DNA from: Eledone cirrhosa
Taxonomy: Eukaryota
Direction of reading: 5' to 3'
Assembly: GCA_964016885.1 (NCBI GenBank)
Contig: OZ024745.1
Coordinates: 26,660,001 to 26,724,000 of the forward strand
Length of the DNA: 64,000 nt
The notes beneath the pieces were generated by a model. It saw nothing but the letters and a program-made list of their open reading frames with translations. It made no database searches and had not been told where the DNA came from. The stretch's first letter is position 1, and every line of letters starts with the position of its first letter. Both the position numbers and the translations under genes were made by a program. Positions 27,126 through 42,259 of this stretch are shown here, one piece after another.

Positions 27126-27661
27126 TTAAATGTATGGTTAAAAATCTGAGTCTTCCCGAGTTTTTCAGACAATGACATTAGCACGCGCTTCTTCGCACTA
27201 AAAATACAATGTACTTAATGACTATCTCTTACTGAAATTTCGCCTGTCAATGACACGAGATATATCAACAGGCTAGACACATGCACTCTGTACTCATATC
27301 ACTGCAGTGCACCTATACACATGTAGTCAGCCAGACAATGTCTACGGGGTCGTTTTACCTGCTAGAAAATACAGCCATATATCCTGCATATTCCATCGTA
27401 TCTTCTTATTGATATTATTCTAGTGTATACAATACATACGTTGTCACACAAAACACACATATACTGTCATACATATGCACACACACACAGACACAGACAC
27501 ACACACACACATATATATGTGTGTGTGTGTGCGCGCGCGCGGGAGTGTCACCCTGACTGCCTGGCTACCTGTGTGTTTCGCCGATGACCCGACCTTGTAA
27601 CAGGTTTTGCTGGGTTACATGTTACTAGTAGCACGAAAGAGAGGCCTCACACACACACACG

Positions 27662-27725
<64 letters not shown>

Positions 27726-27978
27726 CCTCTCTTTCTCTCTCTCTCTCTCTCGCTATCTCTCTCTTTCTCTCTCTCTCTCTATCCATCTATTTATCTATCT
27801 ATCTCTCCCTCTCTCTCTCTCCCTCTCTCTCTCTCCCTCTCTCTCTCTCCCTCTCTCTCTCTCTCCCTCTCTCTCTCTCCCTCTCTCTCTCTGTGGAATG
27901 AAAAACAAAACTTGACAAAGGGTGGAGAAACTCAGGAGATTTACCTGCCATTCCATAGTGTGTGAATATATGTTGTGG

Positions 27979-28097
27979 GTGTAAGTGTGTCTCTGGGGGA
28001 GGGTGTGTAAGTGTGTCTCTGGGGGAGGGTGTGTAAGTGTGTCTCTGAGGGAGGGTGTGTAAGTGTGTCTCTGAGGGAGGGTGTGTAAGTGCGTCTC
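27979..28097. repeat. 26-bp minisatellite, ~4.5 copies
   Basis: Unit gtgtaagtgtgtctctg(g/a)gggagggt. Confidence 0.92.
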
Positions 28098-29204
28098 CTT
28101 TATATTATAACTTTTTAAACTTTTATAGCTTATAATATTTGTGATTTTTAAATTATTGATTATAACTTTTTATTACAACTTTTTAAAATCCTTTATAAGA
28201 CGTACCGAGCCGCTGTGTGGCGGGGCACAGTCACACCTTATGAGTAAAAAACTCTTCAGACTTGGTTAGTCTAAACCGGTTCAAGGGTAGAAGCTTGCAC
28301 CGACACACTTGTGTCCCCTTCTTGCTTTATTGAGCTTGGGAAGAGCTGAGTTTTCAGGAACAGGAGCACGAACGCGAGGCCTTTTTGGTGATTCATTACC
28401 CTTTCATTTCTTTTTTTTTATCTGATGCAATGAAGAATAGTGTTCGCCCTTGGTAGAGGATACAAAGTCAAGTGTGTCTTTCTGGTTGACACTTTCTGCT
28501 TGGCAGTTAGGAGACCGAACTCGGAAGTAACGCCCTGGGAGATGTATGCAACGCTATATGTGTTACACTTGAGTTTTATGGAGAGTAATCAACTAATGAG
28601 AAATAAAGTATTTTCTAGCCCTGAATAGGAAGTATAGAGGTTGAGGGCCTGCTATATACGTAAATATAAAAATGCTTGATGAATAATATTTAGGGAAACA
28701 TCAATATTTTGTGTATTTCAAAGAGTAATTCTATTGTCCTTGACCATACCGTAAGGCTCAGTAATGAGAAATGTTAGTTCCTTTATACTGTAAAATAAAA
28801 CGTAGAGGGCTGACAAAACCTAAGTGACAATGAACGCAACCATACACTATAACAATATATCCTGAGACAATTGTAATTTGATGTGAAAGAAATAGAAAAT
28901 AGAAAAAAATCCTTACTGATATAAAAATTATGAGCTTTATGATTAGAAATAAACGCTTAGCTATTTTTATATTTAAATGCCTTTAATTCATTGTCGTATA
29001 CTCAAGTAGAAAAGAAAGACACATTCGTCAAGAAAGTGGTCTTAAATCATTTTCAGCTCTCTTCATGAAAACATTCCTAAGACTAAGACAGGTTTCGTTA
29101 CTTCAACTGATATTGATTTCAGTTTTAAGGTTAAATGTTCTGCATGTTAACTTCTTTCGCTTCGGCAATATCCTTCTTGGTTATTGTCTGCTATAGAATA
29201 TTAA

Positions 29205-29312
<108 letters not shown>

Positions 29313-30419
29313 ATGTATTGTGTGTGTGTGTGTGTATGTATGTATTTATGTATAAGTACATACATACATTTATATGTGTGTGTGTGTGCATATATATATT
29401 TATGTGTATATATATATACTATCAATGCTGTTATCTATTTATTCATGCATGCCTTCGCCAATCAAATGAAAAGGATATCGAATTCAAGACCACATGATTT
29501 ACAGGGGCGCAAACTTTTCTTTGTCATCAGTTGTCAAGGCCGGCGTTTCAGCCATTATTTCCTTTAATATCTCGATTTCATCATATGTAACAAAACCTAT
29601 CGCCTAAGATAGAAATATTTTTTGTGTTGGCTTCGAGTATTTAATATAATGTTTTTTTTAATAGTTTTTTTTTTGTGTGGTAGTGGGCGTTGCTCACATT
29701 TATGATGTTTTTTGTGTCTTAGTTTTGTCGTTAGAATTGTTATGGTGATTTTATTGTTGTTCAGACTATATCGCTATATTTATGTTTCATGAAATCTTAT
29801 TGAGAACAACAGATGTAGTGAACTGTTCACACTAAACATTTTAGGATATATAACTGTTAGTTTTCACTTTCCTCGAATTAAACCTTTCTCCTCCTCCACT
29901 ACATATCTATTTGTGTTTGTTAATTGCAAAACCCTCTCTATATATATATATATCAACAACCTTGTTCGATTCAACGATATAGCAGCGAAATCTCCTTCGC
30001 ATCGCATACCAGCATCTTAATACAGAAGGAAACATATTAATCGTATAGGTGTAGATATCTCTAAAATACATGGGATGAACATGGCTGGAAAACCTTTGAA
30101 CATACCAGGGACGACTGAAACTTTCATAGGCTAACTACGAAGGACTGATGCTGGAACTGTAAAATCCTGCATGCATTAATTTCAACTTCATATTAATTAC
30201 TGTCTTCTTTCTTTGCAGGGACTATGTTGAAAAATCTCATTTCCTCAATTCATGAGAGTAACTTGGTCAGCCCAGAAACATTTTAAACCGACCATCGTAG
30301 GTCTGGTTGATCGGGTTTAATTTGGAGTTAAACGACAATAACGGAAATTACATGGTTAAATATGATGATTGCTATTCTCCTTACTGAAGGGGGTATTGTG
30401 CGTCGTAAGAAAATTTCGA

Positions 30420-30547
30420 TTAATTATAATAATAATAATGAAATTATGGTGTACAATGCTCAGGTGCACTACAACTCATCAAAGGTACATGTATAGTACA
30501 TAGAATAATGTACAAATGTCAGGAAAATGAACAGTGTATGAGTCATG

Positions 30548-30595
<48 letters not shown>

Positions 30596-31325
30596 AATAT
30601 TGTGTACAGTGCCCAGGTGCACCACAACTCATCAAAAAAGTGCATGTACAGTACATAGGGCAATGCACAAACATCAGTAAAATGAACAGTGCACGAGTCA
30701 TGATACACACATGTGTGCATGTGTATGGAAGGGGTACATCAGGTGTAGTTTTGGCGTATTTCGGGAAGCATGAGTGTCTTAAAGGATGCAGTGTCTCGGC
30801 AGCTAACAACTGACGCAGGCAGTTTGTTCCATGCTTCAGCAACGCTGAGCGTGAAAAAATGTCTACGAAAATCATGGGAGCTGTGCTGTTTTTTGATTTT
30901 GTAGGCATGTCCACGTGTGTTAGACACATGGAGATCAAAAAGGTGCTCAGGGTTGCAATTGGCGAGATGGTTAATAACTTTGTGGGTATTCACCAAGTCC
31001 ATTGCCAGACGTCGGAGCTTCAATGAATCCATGCCCAGGGAAGCAAGGCGTTCAGAGTATGGTAGGTGTCTGATGGAGGGTATGCGCTTGGTTGCACGTC
31101 TCTGAACAGTTTCCAGGAGATCAATGTTCTGAGCAAGATAGGGGTTCCAGACTGATGATGCGAATTCCAAGTGTGGTCGTACCATAGCTGTATACAGTTT
31201 TAAATAGATGGCTGGAGGGCGGCTAACAAAGGTCTTGCTGAGTGATGCCAAGACACCCTCGGCCTTCTTGACAATCTTAGAGACATGCTTTGTCCAACGC
31301 AAATCGCTGCTGACGGTAATGCCCA
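30420..31325 (-). mobile_element. CR1-clade LINE 3' fragment with duplicated 3' UTR and (ATT)n tails
   Basis: ORF2 C-terminus at 30739-31325: GITVSSDLRW..H..LY..MVRPHLEFASSVWNPY..LETVQRRATK..YSERL..L..RR..TRGH..RRHFFT..WNKLP. The 3' UTR at 30590-30738 is partly repeated at 30423-30548. Confidence 0.9.
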
Positions 31326-31836
31326 TATATATATTTGTGTCAATTCTCAAATGGAAATTTCCTTTTTTGCTGAAAAGATTTAACAAAAGATCCTCTTCTT
31401 TTTTTCTAAAATTTACCAGATCAAAGCTATGTAAAAAAATATTTCGAAATTTTGTACGCGTATGAATTTCCTCAAATTGCTAGAAGTGATAACGTCGAAT
31501 TCAGGGTCCGTTTTAGCGCATGAAAAATATATTTCGCTGGTAACATTTTAGCTACAAGATGCCAAACCAAAGAATTAAGTGTGTGAACAGAAAAATAATG
31601 AAATACACAGAAGGCATATGACCTCGTACTCTATGATTGAAAACTAATAATATATGTACATTTCGACATGATAGTAGGGATCTGTAACTTACAGTGCTGC
31701 ATTCATATGTCAATACTTATATTTGTCTTGTGAGAACCACCAATATGTTGAGGCCGGGTGGATTATCTGTATCACTTTCCATTTACTGAAGTTTAGATAT
31801 TTGTATTATATTTTTCATCGCTTAGGGAGGACAGCA

Positions 31837-31933
<97 letters not shown>

Positions 31934-32150
31934 ATATATGTATATATATATATATGTATATATATATATAGTTATAGTTGGGGAGGGTCATATTTGTGTA
32001 ATATTGCCAGAATTAATAACAGAACACACTCACTGTTTGGTTGGTTTTCGCTTCTCGCTGTCTTTTATATCTGCAATCTAACTTGCTCGGTCCTCAATGT
32101 TGCCATTGACTGACCGACGGTCAAAAATAATACAGATACAATATAGACAC

Positions 32151-32213
32151 AAACACATATATATAGTTTACATAAATCTTTCGTTGCACATCTGCAACAT
32201 CGTCAGTGGTGTT
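32151..32213 (-). ncRNA. Hammerhead-like motif in the 3' UTR of the Naiad-like PLE, sense to the RT
   Basis: Minus strand: aacacca-CTGACGA-t-GTTGCA-gatg-TGCAAC-GAAA-gattt-atgt-aaac-TA-(ta)n-tgtgtt. Perfect stem II; stems I and III are imperfect. Confidence 0.6.
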
Positions 32214-32442
32214 ATATTTTCCTCCTGTCGTGTTGTACGTCTACGCCATTTTTTATTCAGTCTGTCTATATATTTATTTATTTATTTGCTTGTTTGTTTA
32301 TTTTATTTTGTCTTCTTTGCGCATGCGTTTGCGTGTGTGTATAGTGTTATGTTTGCTGTGTGATGGGTGAATAGTGTGTGTTTATGTGCTTGTTGTTATT
32401 GTGCTTGTGTATGTATTTATTTATCTTATTTTATTTACTTAT

Positions 32443-34800
32443 TTATACTTCTCTTAGGTCAGTGTTGTTTGTTTGGGTGTTGTTGTTATTCCACTCATTC
32501 TTTCTGTTTAGCTTTGGTCTTCTAATTTCTATTTCACTGGCCTCTCTTATTTGCCTATCTGCTGGGTCATTTCTATGTTTAGATATTATTCTAATTTCTA
32601 TGTTGTCTATGTTACCGTCATGTTGTTGTCTAGCATGTTCGTATAGTACTGACCCGTTTTTTCGTCCTTTTAGTTCCCCCCAGTGTTGGTCTATCCTTTC
32701 ACCTATGCTACGAGCTGTCTCACCTATGTATGTTGTTGTCATGTTTCTGCAAGTACCCTCTGTACATCTTATGCTATAGACTACGTTTCTAGTTTTACAG
32801 TTTATCCGGGGGTTCACCTTACATATGATACATTTCCTATTGGTACAGTGGGTTTTCTTCAAAGGGGGTTTTGCTGATCAGGGATTTTATGGTGGTTCCT
32901 GGCTTTTCTACCACCTTTACTTTTAAGTGGGTCTTTCTCAGGACCTTTCTACACTGGTTAGCTAATTTCCCTCCAGGGGTGGCGTCCACAAACATGACAC
33001 TCTGGTATCTCTGGTTGTCGTACCATGATGTGGCTTTCCCTATCTTATGTCTAGCCCTATCTAAGTTATTCCATGATTTGCTCCTGTATAATGGGCAAAT
33101 TCCTTTCATGTCCAGTTCTATGAGGGTCTTATACTTTTCCATGGCTCCTTCGTATACTCTGACTCTGTCTCTTTGGTTGTAGCCAGAGAACTGCATGCGG
33201 TTGATGAAGTGTTGGATGTGTCTTTCCATTTCTGTTGGGTCGCACATGCTGGACACATTCTTCATCACTCGTACCAAATCTGCGATCAGAATATTAAACT
33301 TAGCACTACTGGACATTGCTGAGTTTTTGAGTATCAGGTACTTGGAGGCCATGGGTTTAGCATAGTGTGAGTGGAGAATTTGGGCTCTCTCGTCTATAGT
33401 GTTAATCCAGAGTTCTGTGTCTAATACAGGTAGTCTATTGTTAGGGTGTTTGGAAGGGAAGTCGATAGTTACAGTTATACTCTGGTGTATGGAATTAGCT
33501 ATCTGCTGGATGCTTTCCATCGTGCTACGTTCTAAATCAAACTTGTTAGTGCTCTCTAGTGGGGGTGTTCTTATAACTATATTGATATCGTCTACATAAC
33601 GAGAGTACATGATGAGGTCTATGGAGCTTTCATTAAGGAGATCTTTAAGTCTCCTTTCCCACCATACCATGAAAAGGTTGGCAACATCACCAGCTATGCT
33701 GACGCCGATGGCTGGTCCCTCATTTTGGGTGTAGATTTTCTCATTGAACTTAAATATGTGGCCCTTTAGGGTAGTTTTGATACTAGCCCCTATTGCATGT
33801 GCGACCATTTTTCTTACCTTATCATTGTTTTGGGGGGTCCGTATAGCTTTGGTCCACCCAATCCACCTTCCCATGGTAGTCTTTTTTGCCATTGAGGTTA
33901 TGGTGGGGGGCTCTACCTCTTATAGGTCTACTAGGGCAGAAACATCTAAGGTCATGGCTGTCTAGGTAGTCAGTGTCGTAGGTAAGTCTAAGTAGGAGGC
34001 CCAGTTCGTCTGTGTCGACGTCGCAGAACTCCACCTCACTCTCAATGATCATCTCCACACATCTTTTCACAGCAAAATCAATGTTAATGGATGGATACAG
34101 TGACACCACATCCATGCTGCCTATTATGCAGTTGGATAGGCTCCTGTTTTTGTTGCACTCACTGATTCTGCTAAGGATGTCCTCTGTACTGTCACATACA
34201 TCTGGGGACATCTTGATTATGGGGCGTATAACCATTGAGAGGAAGTAGGAGATCCTGTAGTTGCTAGCTATATTAGCTCCGCATACGGGTCTTGTTGGTG
34301 GTCCTGTTGTCGGGTCGTCGACTGTCTTGTGGTCTTTGCGGAGCCCATACAAGGGTGGTATGCCATTGTTAGACGCCTGGAAGTTGTTGGCAGTGCGTCT
34401 GCTTGGCTTTAGGATGTCAGTCCACATCATCATGTGAGCGTCGAGGATTTTTTCTCTCCCATCGTGTTTGTTGTGCAACTTCGCTCGTGTTGGTGATGTG
34501 GGGTTGCATAGCCTCGATGTAGTTCGGCATGCTATCTATTGACATCCTACCAGACTTATCTGTGAGTAGACACACTACCTACCCATCCCTTGTGCGCTGC
34601 TTGAGGCTAACCAAGCCTTCTACAGGTTTCCTCCCAAGTTGTTGGGCCTCTGGTCTGCTCTGTCTCTTAGTATACCTGTCTACTATTTGTCTAATCTTAT
34701 TTCTAGCTATGGTGAACTGTGCCTCTGTCTCGTAATCTATTTGTTGTGGTATGCAAACTCTTTTATTAAAGGGTAACCTCGTAGGATAGATATTACCCAT
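32443..34800 (-). pseudogene. PLE RT + GIY-YIG coding region, broken by several frameshifts
   Basis: Consecutive ORF-track fragments in different frames carry successive RT and endonuclease motifs. Confidence 0.88.
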
Positions 34801-35089
34801 CTTATATGTTTTGTCAGCTGGGTTGAAAAATAGTTTCTCTAAGGGTTGTCATTATATCTATCGTCATAGTTGTGTGTGTTGCTATTGTTGTTATCAGGGT
34901 GGTTGCTGTTGTTTCTATCATTAGCATTATTATTATTGTTATGATTGCTAGATGTATTGTTGTTTACTTCAGTGTGTTCTGTTATTAATTCTGGCAATAT
35001 TACACAAATATGACCCTCCCCAAGTATAACAATATTTGTTTCGACACACGATTTCATATAAAAAACCTCGCTAAACTAATTCATCGCCG

Positions 35090-35142
<53 letters not shown>

Positions 35143-37975
35143 AAAATGTTTGACCCGACGGCAAGTAATGAGTACTCTGGTGCATTATGGTCCGTCTGGT
35201 TCCTTACCACACCTCCTTCGTTATATATATATATATATTAGAGGAAGCCCAAAATCGGGATGAAATTGAAGAAAAATCTACAATTAATGGATTGTAATCA
35301 ACTTGAGACCTGGTCCAAAGGCTCGCTTACAACAGATTGGGTTACACTCCCTGCACCAAACAGCATGTCGTAGTTGTTTATGTCGTTGCATTTCTTTACT
35401 GGCTTTAGTGTATGTATTTCTAAGCCTAACCACACCTGTGTGTTTTGTGTTTTGTGTGTGAAAGTGTCTTTTTTGTTGTGCTTTTATATGGTGAGTGATG
35501 TGAGAAGCCTCTCGTTTATTTTTTAAATCAAAAGACTGCCAACTTTATATCGTGACTTTGGAGTCTGCGTCCAAAGAACTTCAGAACACTCCGTACGGAA
35601 AGTAATATATTTAACTTTATTTTTTCTTTCTCCCTGGGTGTTCATTTAGTTTCACTAGTTTGTTATAGGGGAGGGGCTGTTGAGAACATTTTCCATTCCT
35701 TCTTGAATTCTTTGACCTAAAATTAACATTCCGTTTTTGTTTTCTTTCTTTGTTGTTTCGATTTCCATTTTTCTTTCTATCTTCTTTCTTTTCATCTCTT
35801 CAATTTCTTTCCTTGTTACCACTTTACTTCATTCTGCCGCTCATATTAAATAAAGCCCACGCGGGAGGGATATATTGTCATCAACTATGTTCTATTTACA
35901 ATTGTATATCGAATGAGAATGTAAGTGGTTTGCTTGCGCAAGATTGTCTTTATGTGTCTATCTATATATTTTTGTTTGTTTGTATATGCTTGTAGGTGTA
36001 CGAGCGTATATGGGATTGTATATATATATATATATGTGTGTGTATGCATGTATGTATGTTTGTGTGTACGTAAGTGTGTGTGCTTGTGTTTAGGTCCGTA
36101 TGTGTGTTTGTGAGTATCTGTATCTCTGTATGTTCCTCTGTATGCGTTTATGTTTATAGAGATAGTAGCTTGTGTTTAATGTTTTGTTTTTGCTTTTTGG
36201 CTGATTGGTTTTGTTTTTGTACATGTTTCTATTTGGTGTAGTGTTTGTGTATGTGTGTGCTTATGTGTGTGTGCGTGTGTGTAATAGTAATAGAGATAGT
36301 TTTGGTGGTATATATGTGTGTATGTGCATGTATGATCTTGTTCATGTATCTATATGTTTATGCATGTGAGAAAATGTGAGACAATGTTTATGTAGGTAGA
36401 CAATTTTGTGCCATTTTCTGTATTTATTTCAGTTGAGTGTGTATGAGTTTCATTTTGTATATTTGTATATAGTTGCTCATCTGAGGGAAATGTGTTTATA
36501 CTTATGTGGTTACATGTGTTTGTTTGTGTCCTGATGTGTGTGTGTATGTGTGAGTGTGCCCGCATGTGTATGTACCAATGGGTATGAATGTCGGTATGCA
36601 ATTTACTGTAGTATGTTTTGCTTTCTAAGTGAACGGAACTTAAAACTTTCCTTGTGTTTCTCTGTACAACTGATTAGGGGAGATAACTCCTATAACACTG
36701 GTTGATTTAAACCCTTTTTTCAGACAATGCGGTAGGAGTGGACTTTGTCTATATGCCAAGTTGGTGAAATCAATGGTCATATTTCTATCTTATTAGATCA
36801 CATCAGCAAAGCATATTCACTTTAAAAGTTGGCTTGACAAGAATGTTCTAATAAATATATAGAGAAAGAAATATAAGAGAAAGAAATAATGCGGTGGTTA
36901 TCAGCTGACCCCTATGGCCGAGTGGAGCAGGCTATTTTTATCGGCTTGGTGGCCATGGAGAAAGAAGTTGGGTAGTGGACGAAATTGATCTGGCTGTTGC
37001 CTTTAAAAGGAAATTGAAGATGGAGAGGAAAGCGCCACCTTCCAGTAAATTTGCTGAAGGATGGGTGAAAGTGAATGGCATGGATGTGATGGGGCTTGCT
37101 CCGAGTATGCACTTATAGAGTGAAGGAAGACAACCGGAGCAAAGAACTTAATTAAGGCAATCGTGATTTTTGTGGGTTTTTCCACGAGTGGCCGTCGGAA
37201 ATCTCACACTATTAGGGAATTTTCTTTGTTTGACTTCACTGTTAAGTATTTGTTATTGCTTTCGTTATTTCTCTTTTTTTTTACACGTTTTCATATAAAT
37301 CCACACCGTACTGTCATCGAACGTTTTGTATATCCTTAGGGATTTATGGAAGCTTAAAGACATAATTAGAATTTATCAGTGATAAAATATAAAAAAATAA
37401 CATTCAGTAACTATAGATATTTTACGAAGTGCCATGCATGCATACAAATATACTACAGAGTAAAATAGAACTAGAGGTAGACAAATAAGTTATAAAATTA
37501 ATGTTATGAGAATATACTAAGGAAACAATAACATTTTGGAAGCATACAATGGTAATAAACATATCTATAATAAAGTGAAAGATTAAACACTAAGAAATTT
37601 ATAACAAGTTTAAGATGTAGTTACAGAGGAGATAGACTATTTTCAGTATAAAATAGTGATTATAAAATAATATATATTTAACAAATCTTATACTTTCATA
37701 CATATATACTCACATATATACACACTAAGATCACCCCGGGAAGTGGTTCTGAGATACCAAGACTAGAAATAGGTGGTGACATAACCACTATCTATTTCTC
37801 AATATATCGATTTACCATGAGTAATCGAACCCCTGAAACGATTGCAAAACAATGAACTAATAAAGAATCTATGTTCGACTTTTGTTTGTTTGTTTTTTTG
37901 TTCATACACACACACACACACACATACACACACACACACACACATACACACACACACACACACATATATATATAT

Positions 37976-38338
<363 letters not shown>

Positions 38339-39269
38339 TATTTTTCGTATTCAATATTTTGTCGTGGGACACTATATCTAATCATGACGTTTGGTTATGA
38401 CTTAGGTGAGAAATCAAGTCGAACGAAAGGCTATCTAAAGATTGACATCGTTTTGTATAGGCAGGCCGACTCCAAATGGACTTTAATCTGCGTTATATGA
38501 GCTCGTAGGTCAAGATAAGCTTGGCAAGCATCACCGACACCATTTTAAACAAGATACAATATTTCTTCTCTTTTGTTTGTATGTAACTTGTGACAGGTCT
38601 ACTTCGATGGGGAGCTAAGTGTTTGTATTTGCTATATATTTGGATTGCCTTGTCTTCTTCTATTTTGTCTTTTCTATCATATACATTTATGGGTGGGTGT
38701 CTGTTTGGTTTTCTTTGTTGATGTTGTACTTTTGTTATTTGTTTTTCATTGTATACTGATTTATTTATACACAGTAAAAGTGAACCTGTGGAGTTTGATT
38801 TTATCATCACTGAATATACATTTGCCATGATATTGTTTTCTTACATTCGCACAATGCCATAAAATTATAGAGAATTTCACTGATAAATTTAATGATTACC
38901 AATATATTACTGGTAGTATATATTTAGCCTAGTTGGATGGATAAAATGCAAAGTCGCTTCAACGGGACTTGAATTCAGCCTAAAAAAAAAAATAATAATA
39001 ATAATAACTAGGTACCATAATTTTTGTCGTTCGGTATTATACCATTTTCGGTATTCTAGCGGTTGACTATATACGTATTGTCGTCAGAAGACTTTCAGAC
39101 GTTACAATATCGGCTCAATATTTATAAATTATATGTGCACAATTCTTTTAAACAGGGATTTTATATAATGACATTTATTTTTTATTCAAAGTACCTAGCA
39201 AAGTATGATACAAGAAAAACAGTTTGCTGATACCGTTGCATCTCACGTTTGTTACTGGACGTTCGGTTA

Positions 39270-39372
<103 letters not shown>

Positions 39373-39429
39373 TAACATAATATTATAATATTATAATATT
39401 TTGCATACATATATATTTATGCGAAAAGT

Positions 39430-39600
39430 AAATGGAAACAACAAAGCAAACAACACAGTACAAGGAAGACATATATCAGTTTAACGTTTGATATAGTGGA
39501 AAAGAGTCATAACGTTTCGGATACTTCTCATTCATCAGATTAGAGAATGAGAAAAGAAAAAAGATGGAGAGTGAGGAGAGGTAGAACTAATTAAATACGA
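39430..39600 (-). mobile_element. Family A short repeat with hammerhead core CTGATGA..tccGAAAcgTT
   Basis: Minus strand: ttctcattctctaatCTGATGAatgagaagtatccGAAAcgttatgactc. Confidence 0.55.
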
Positions 39601-39987
39601 ACATACACATATATTAAATGAGTTATGCATAAATATATCCTATACTAATTTTATACATTTGAACAGAGAGTGATCTGGAAAAATCTCTGGTGTCCTTTTA
39701 TCTGAACAAGTAGGTCAATCTCTCTTTTTAGCGTGTTCTTAATCTCATTCTTCGTCTCTATCTCTCCACATTTTCTCCTTTACTCTGATCTCTGTATAAG
39801 AAACACACACACATAAGAACAAACTCCTTCTTACGCACACTCTCACACACTCTCACACACGCAGTCGGACGAGCGGTCTATTTTGTGCTGATTCATTTGT
39901 ACACATAAATAGACACAGCTAATTACACACACGCGCACACACACAGAGACACATACACCACACACACACACACATATATATATATAA

Positions 39988-40052
<65 letters not shown>

Positions 40053-40071
40053 TATATACATATATATATAC

Positions 40072-40134
<63 letters not shown>

Positions 40135-40167
40135 TATATACATATATATATACATATATATATATAC

Positions 40168-40239
<72 letters not shown>

Positions 40240-40818
40240 GTGTGTGTGTGTGTGTGCATGCTTCCATACGTATAGCTAAGTATAAAAAAGCATTGGATAT
40301 TTCAAGAGAGGGGAGAATGAAACCTTAGACATCTCCTCTTTTCTAATTGCTAATTAATATAAAGTGAGGGGTATCTTCCTGGAAACGTTCAGTATTGCTG
40401 AACATCAGAATTATAAGGAAATATAAATGGACATTTTTAAACTGATAAAGATTAATATAAGATGACACTCTGATGGTGAACCTGACATTAGTTTGGTTTT
40501 TATTCTGGTTTAAGCAGAAGACTGACCAATGAAACATGACTTATGCTGGATAATGAATGCAAGAGTAAACCAAGAAGTTGAAGAAGTTATTGAGACGCAC
40601 GTTGAGAGACGAAAGGAATAGATTTTCTATATAATAACTGGCGACAGTAAAGCAGGGGTGTGTGACATACATGTCACAACCCATTTTCTAACTCGAGTGA
40701 AACTACGACCCAAAATGTTGAAAGTATCCAAGGAAATATTCAAAATATATTTGTAGAAAACAAACATCTATAAAAAAATACGTTTATCTATCATTTTTTA
40801 TGGTTGTATATTAAAGGC

Positions 40819-41275
40819 AGATGGCTTAGTGGTCAGATCGTTCGGCTTGAAATCGAGTGGCTTTGAGTTCGATTCCCGAAGCGGGAGATGTGTGCAAAAC
40901 ACTTTATTCCACATTGCTCCAGTTTACTCAGCTGTAGAAATGAGTTGCGATGTCAATGGTGCCAAGCTGATAATGCCCTGAGGCCGATTTAATCGACTTT
41001 CCTTTCTCCAAAAATTTGTTGGCCTTGTAAATGAATGTGAAACCATTATTATAAGGGAGATTAATTGACAGAATCGTTAAAACATCGGATAAAAGGCTTT
41101 ACATTATTTGGTTACGAGCTCTTTACATTCTGAATTCAAATCCGATCTAGGTCAACTTTGCACTTCACCACTCCTGGGTCGATAAAATAAAGTATCAATC
41201 CATTATGAGGTAGAGTCAAACGCCTTTTCCCTCCCCTGAATTTACTGGCCACATGACTATGTTACAAAACATCAT
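40819..41275 (+). mobile_element. Diverged SINEs in tandem (CORE/V-like head 40819-~41050; Meta-like SINE ~41055-41275)
   Basis: tggcttagtggt..gttcgattccc..acactttattccacattgctccag, followed by a second head with ttcaaatcc and gtcgataaaataaagta. Confidence 0.6.
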
Positions 41276-41764
41276 TGTTGGTGATGTTGCTTTTGTTGTC
41301 TCCGTTGTTTTTTGCGACGGTGAGTTTCATGATAATGGTGGTGATAATGCTGTTAGCTTTAGTGTTGTTGTTGTTGTTGTTGTTGTCAGATTGCAGCTGC
41401 TGGTAATGATGGTGATGGTGATGTGTTCTATATTTCAACTCTGAAAACTTAGAATGTCTGGAATAGAGGAAAATCAGCTAAAACTCGAATTACCAAATAA
41501 ACTTAGCAGTTGTTACATTTTAAAACTATGTCTTGTTGTTATATATATAATGTTTCTGTTTAGCAATTATTCAACGTACATATAAATCTACTAACATACA
41601 CATGCATAAACCAAAACATCACACACAGGAATGTCCATTCGTTCGTTTACATTCCTTTCATATGGTTAAGCACTGACTGCTCTAAAACGTCTCAAGCATT
41701 TTATTTACTCGTATATATATGTGTGTATATATATATATGTATGTGTTTTATATATATATATATT

Positions 41765-41858
<94 letters not shown>

Positions 41859-42143
41859 GAGAGAGAGAGTAGAGAGAGGAGGGGACAGAGGCAGAAAGAA
41901 AGAGAGAAAGATAGATAAATATATAGATAGATTGGTTGATAGAGATAGATATCTGTGCGTGTGTGTAAGCGATCTTTTGTTTTCTTTATCTGTTATATTA
42001 TTCTCAAATCCTTTACATATTTTTCGATTCAATTTTCATCAGGTTCTTAGTTATCGAGTGAGTATTTCTTATTTATGAACAAAAAATATCGTCTACTCCT
42101 TAGAAGGGATATTGTAACAACTAATATATATATATATATTTTA

Positions 42144-42259
<116 letters not shown>

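Larger units (their letters stand above)
31971..35090 (-). mobile_element. Second Penelope-like element (Naiad-like by motif recall), frameshifted, with inverted terminal segment, between (TA)n runs
   Basis: Fragments 33822-34478, 32837-33892 and 32443-32862 give DKSGR, PPLYGLRKDHK, PTRPV, GSMDVVSLYPS, GPAIG..ANLFMVWW, YSRYVDD, LPVLD, HYAKPMASK, C-x4-C-x2-C, NVVY..YIGET..R..H..H..H..RQIRE..LN. 31971-32030 is the reverse complement of 34971-35030. Confidence 0.88.

Noticed and set aside
27979-28097. Regularly spaced repeats as a possible CRISPR array
   Set aside because: Head-to-tail 26-bp units with no unique spacers, eukaryotic context, no cas genes.
30200-30265. Possible host micro-exon (tctttctttgcag|GG..GAGA|gtaact)
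   Set aside because: Only 39 nt with a weak donor, no recognisable peptide and no partner exons. Cannot be supported without RNA data.
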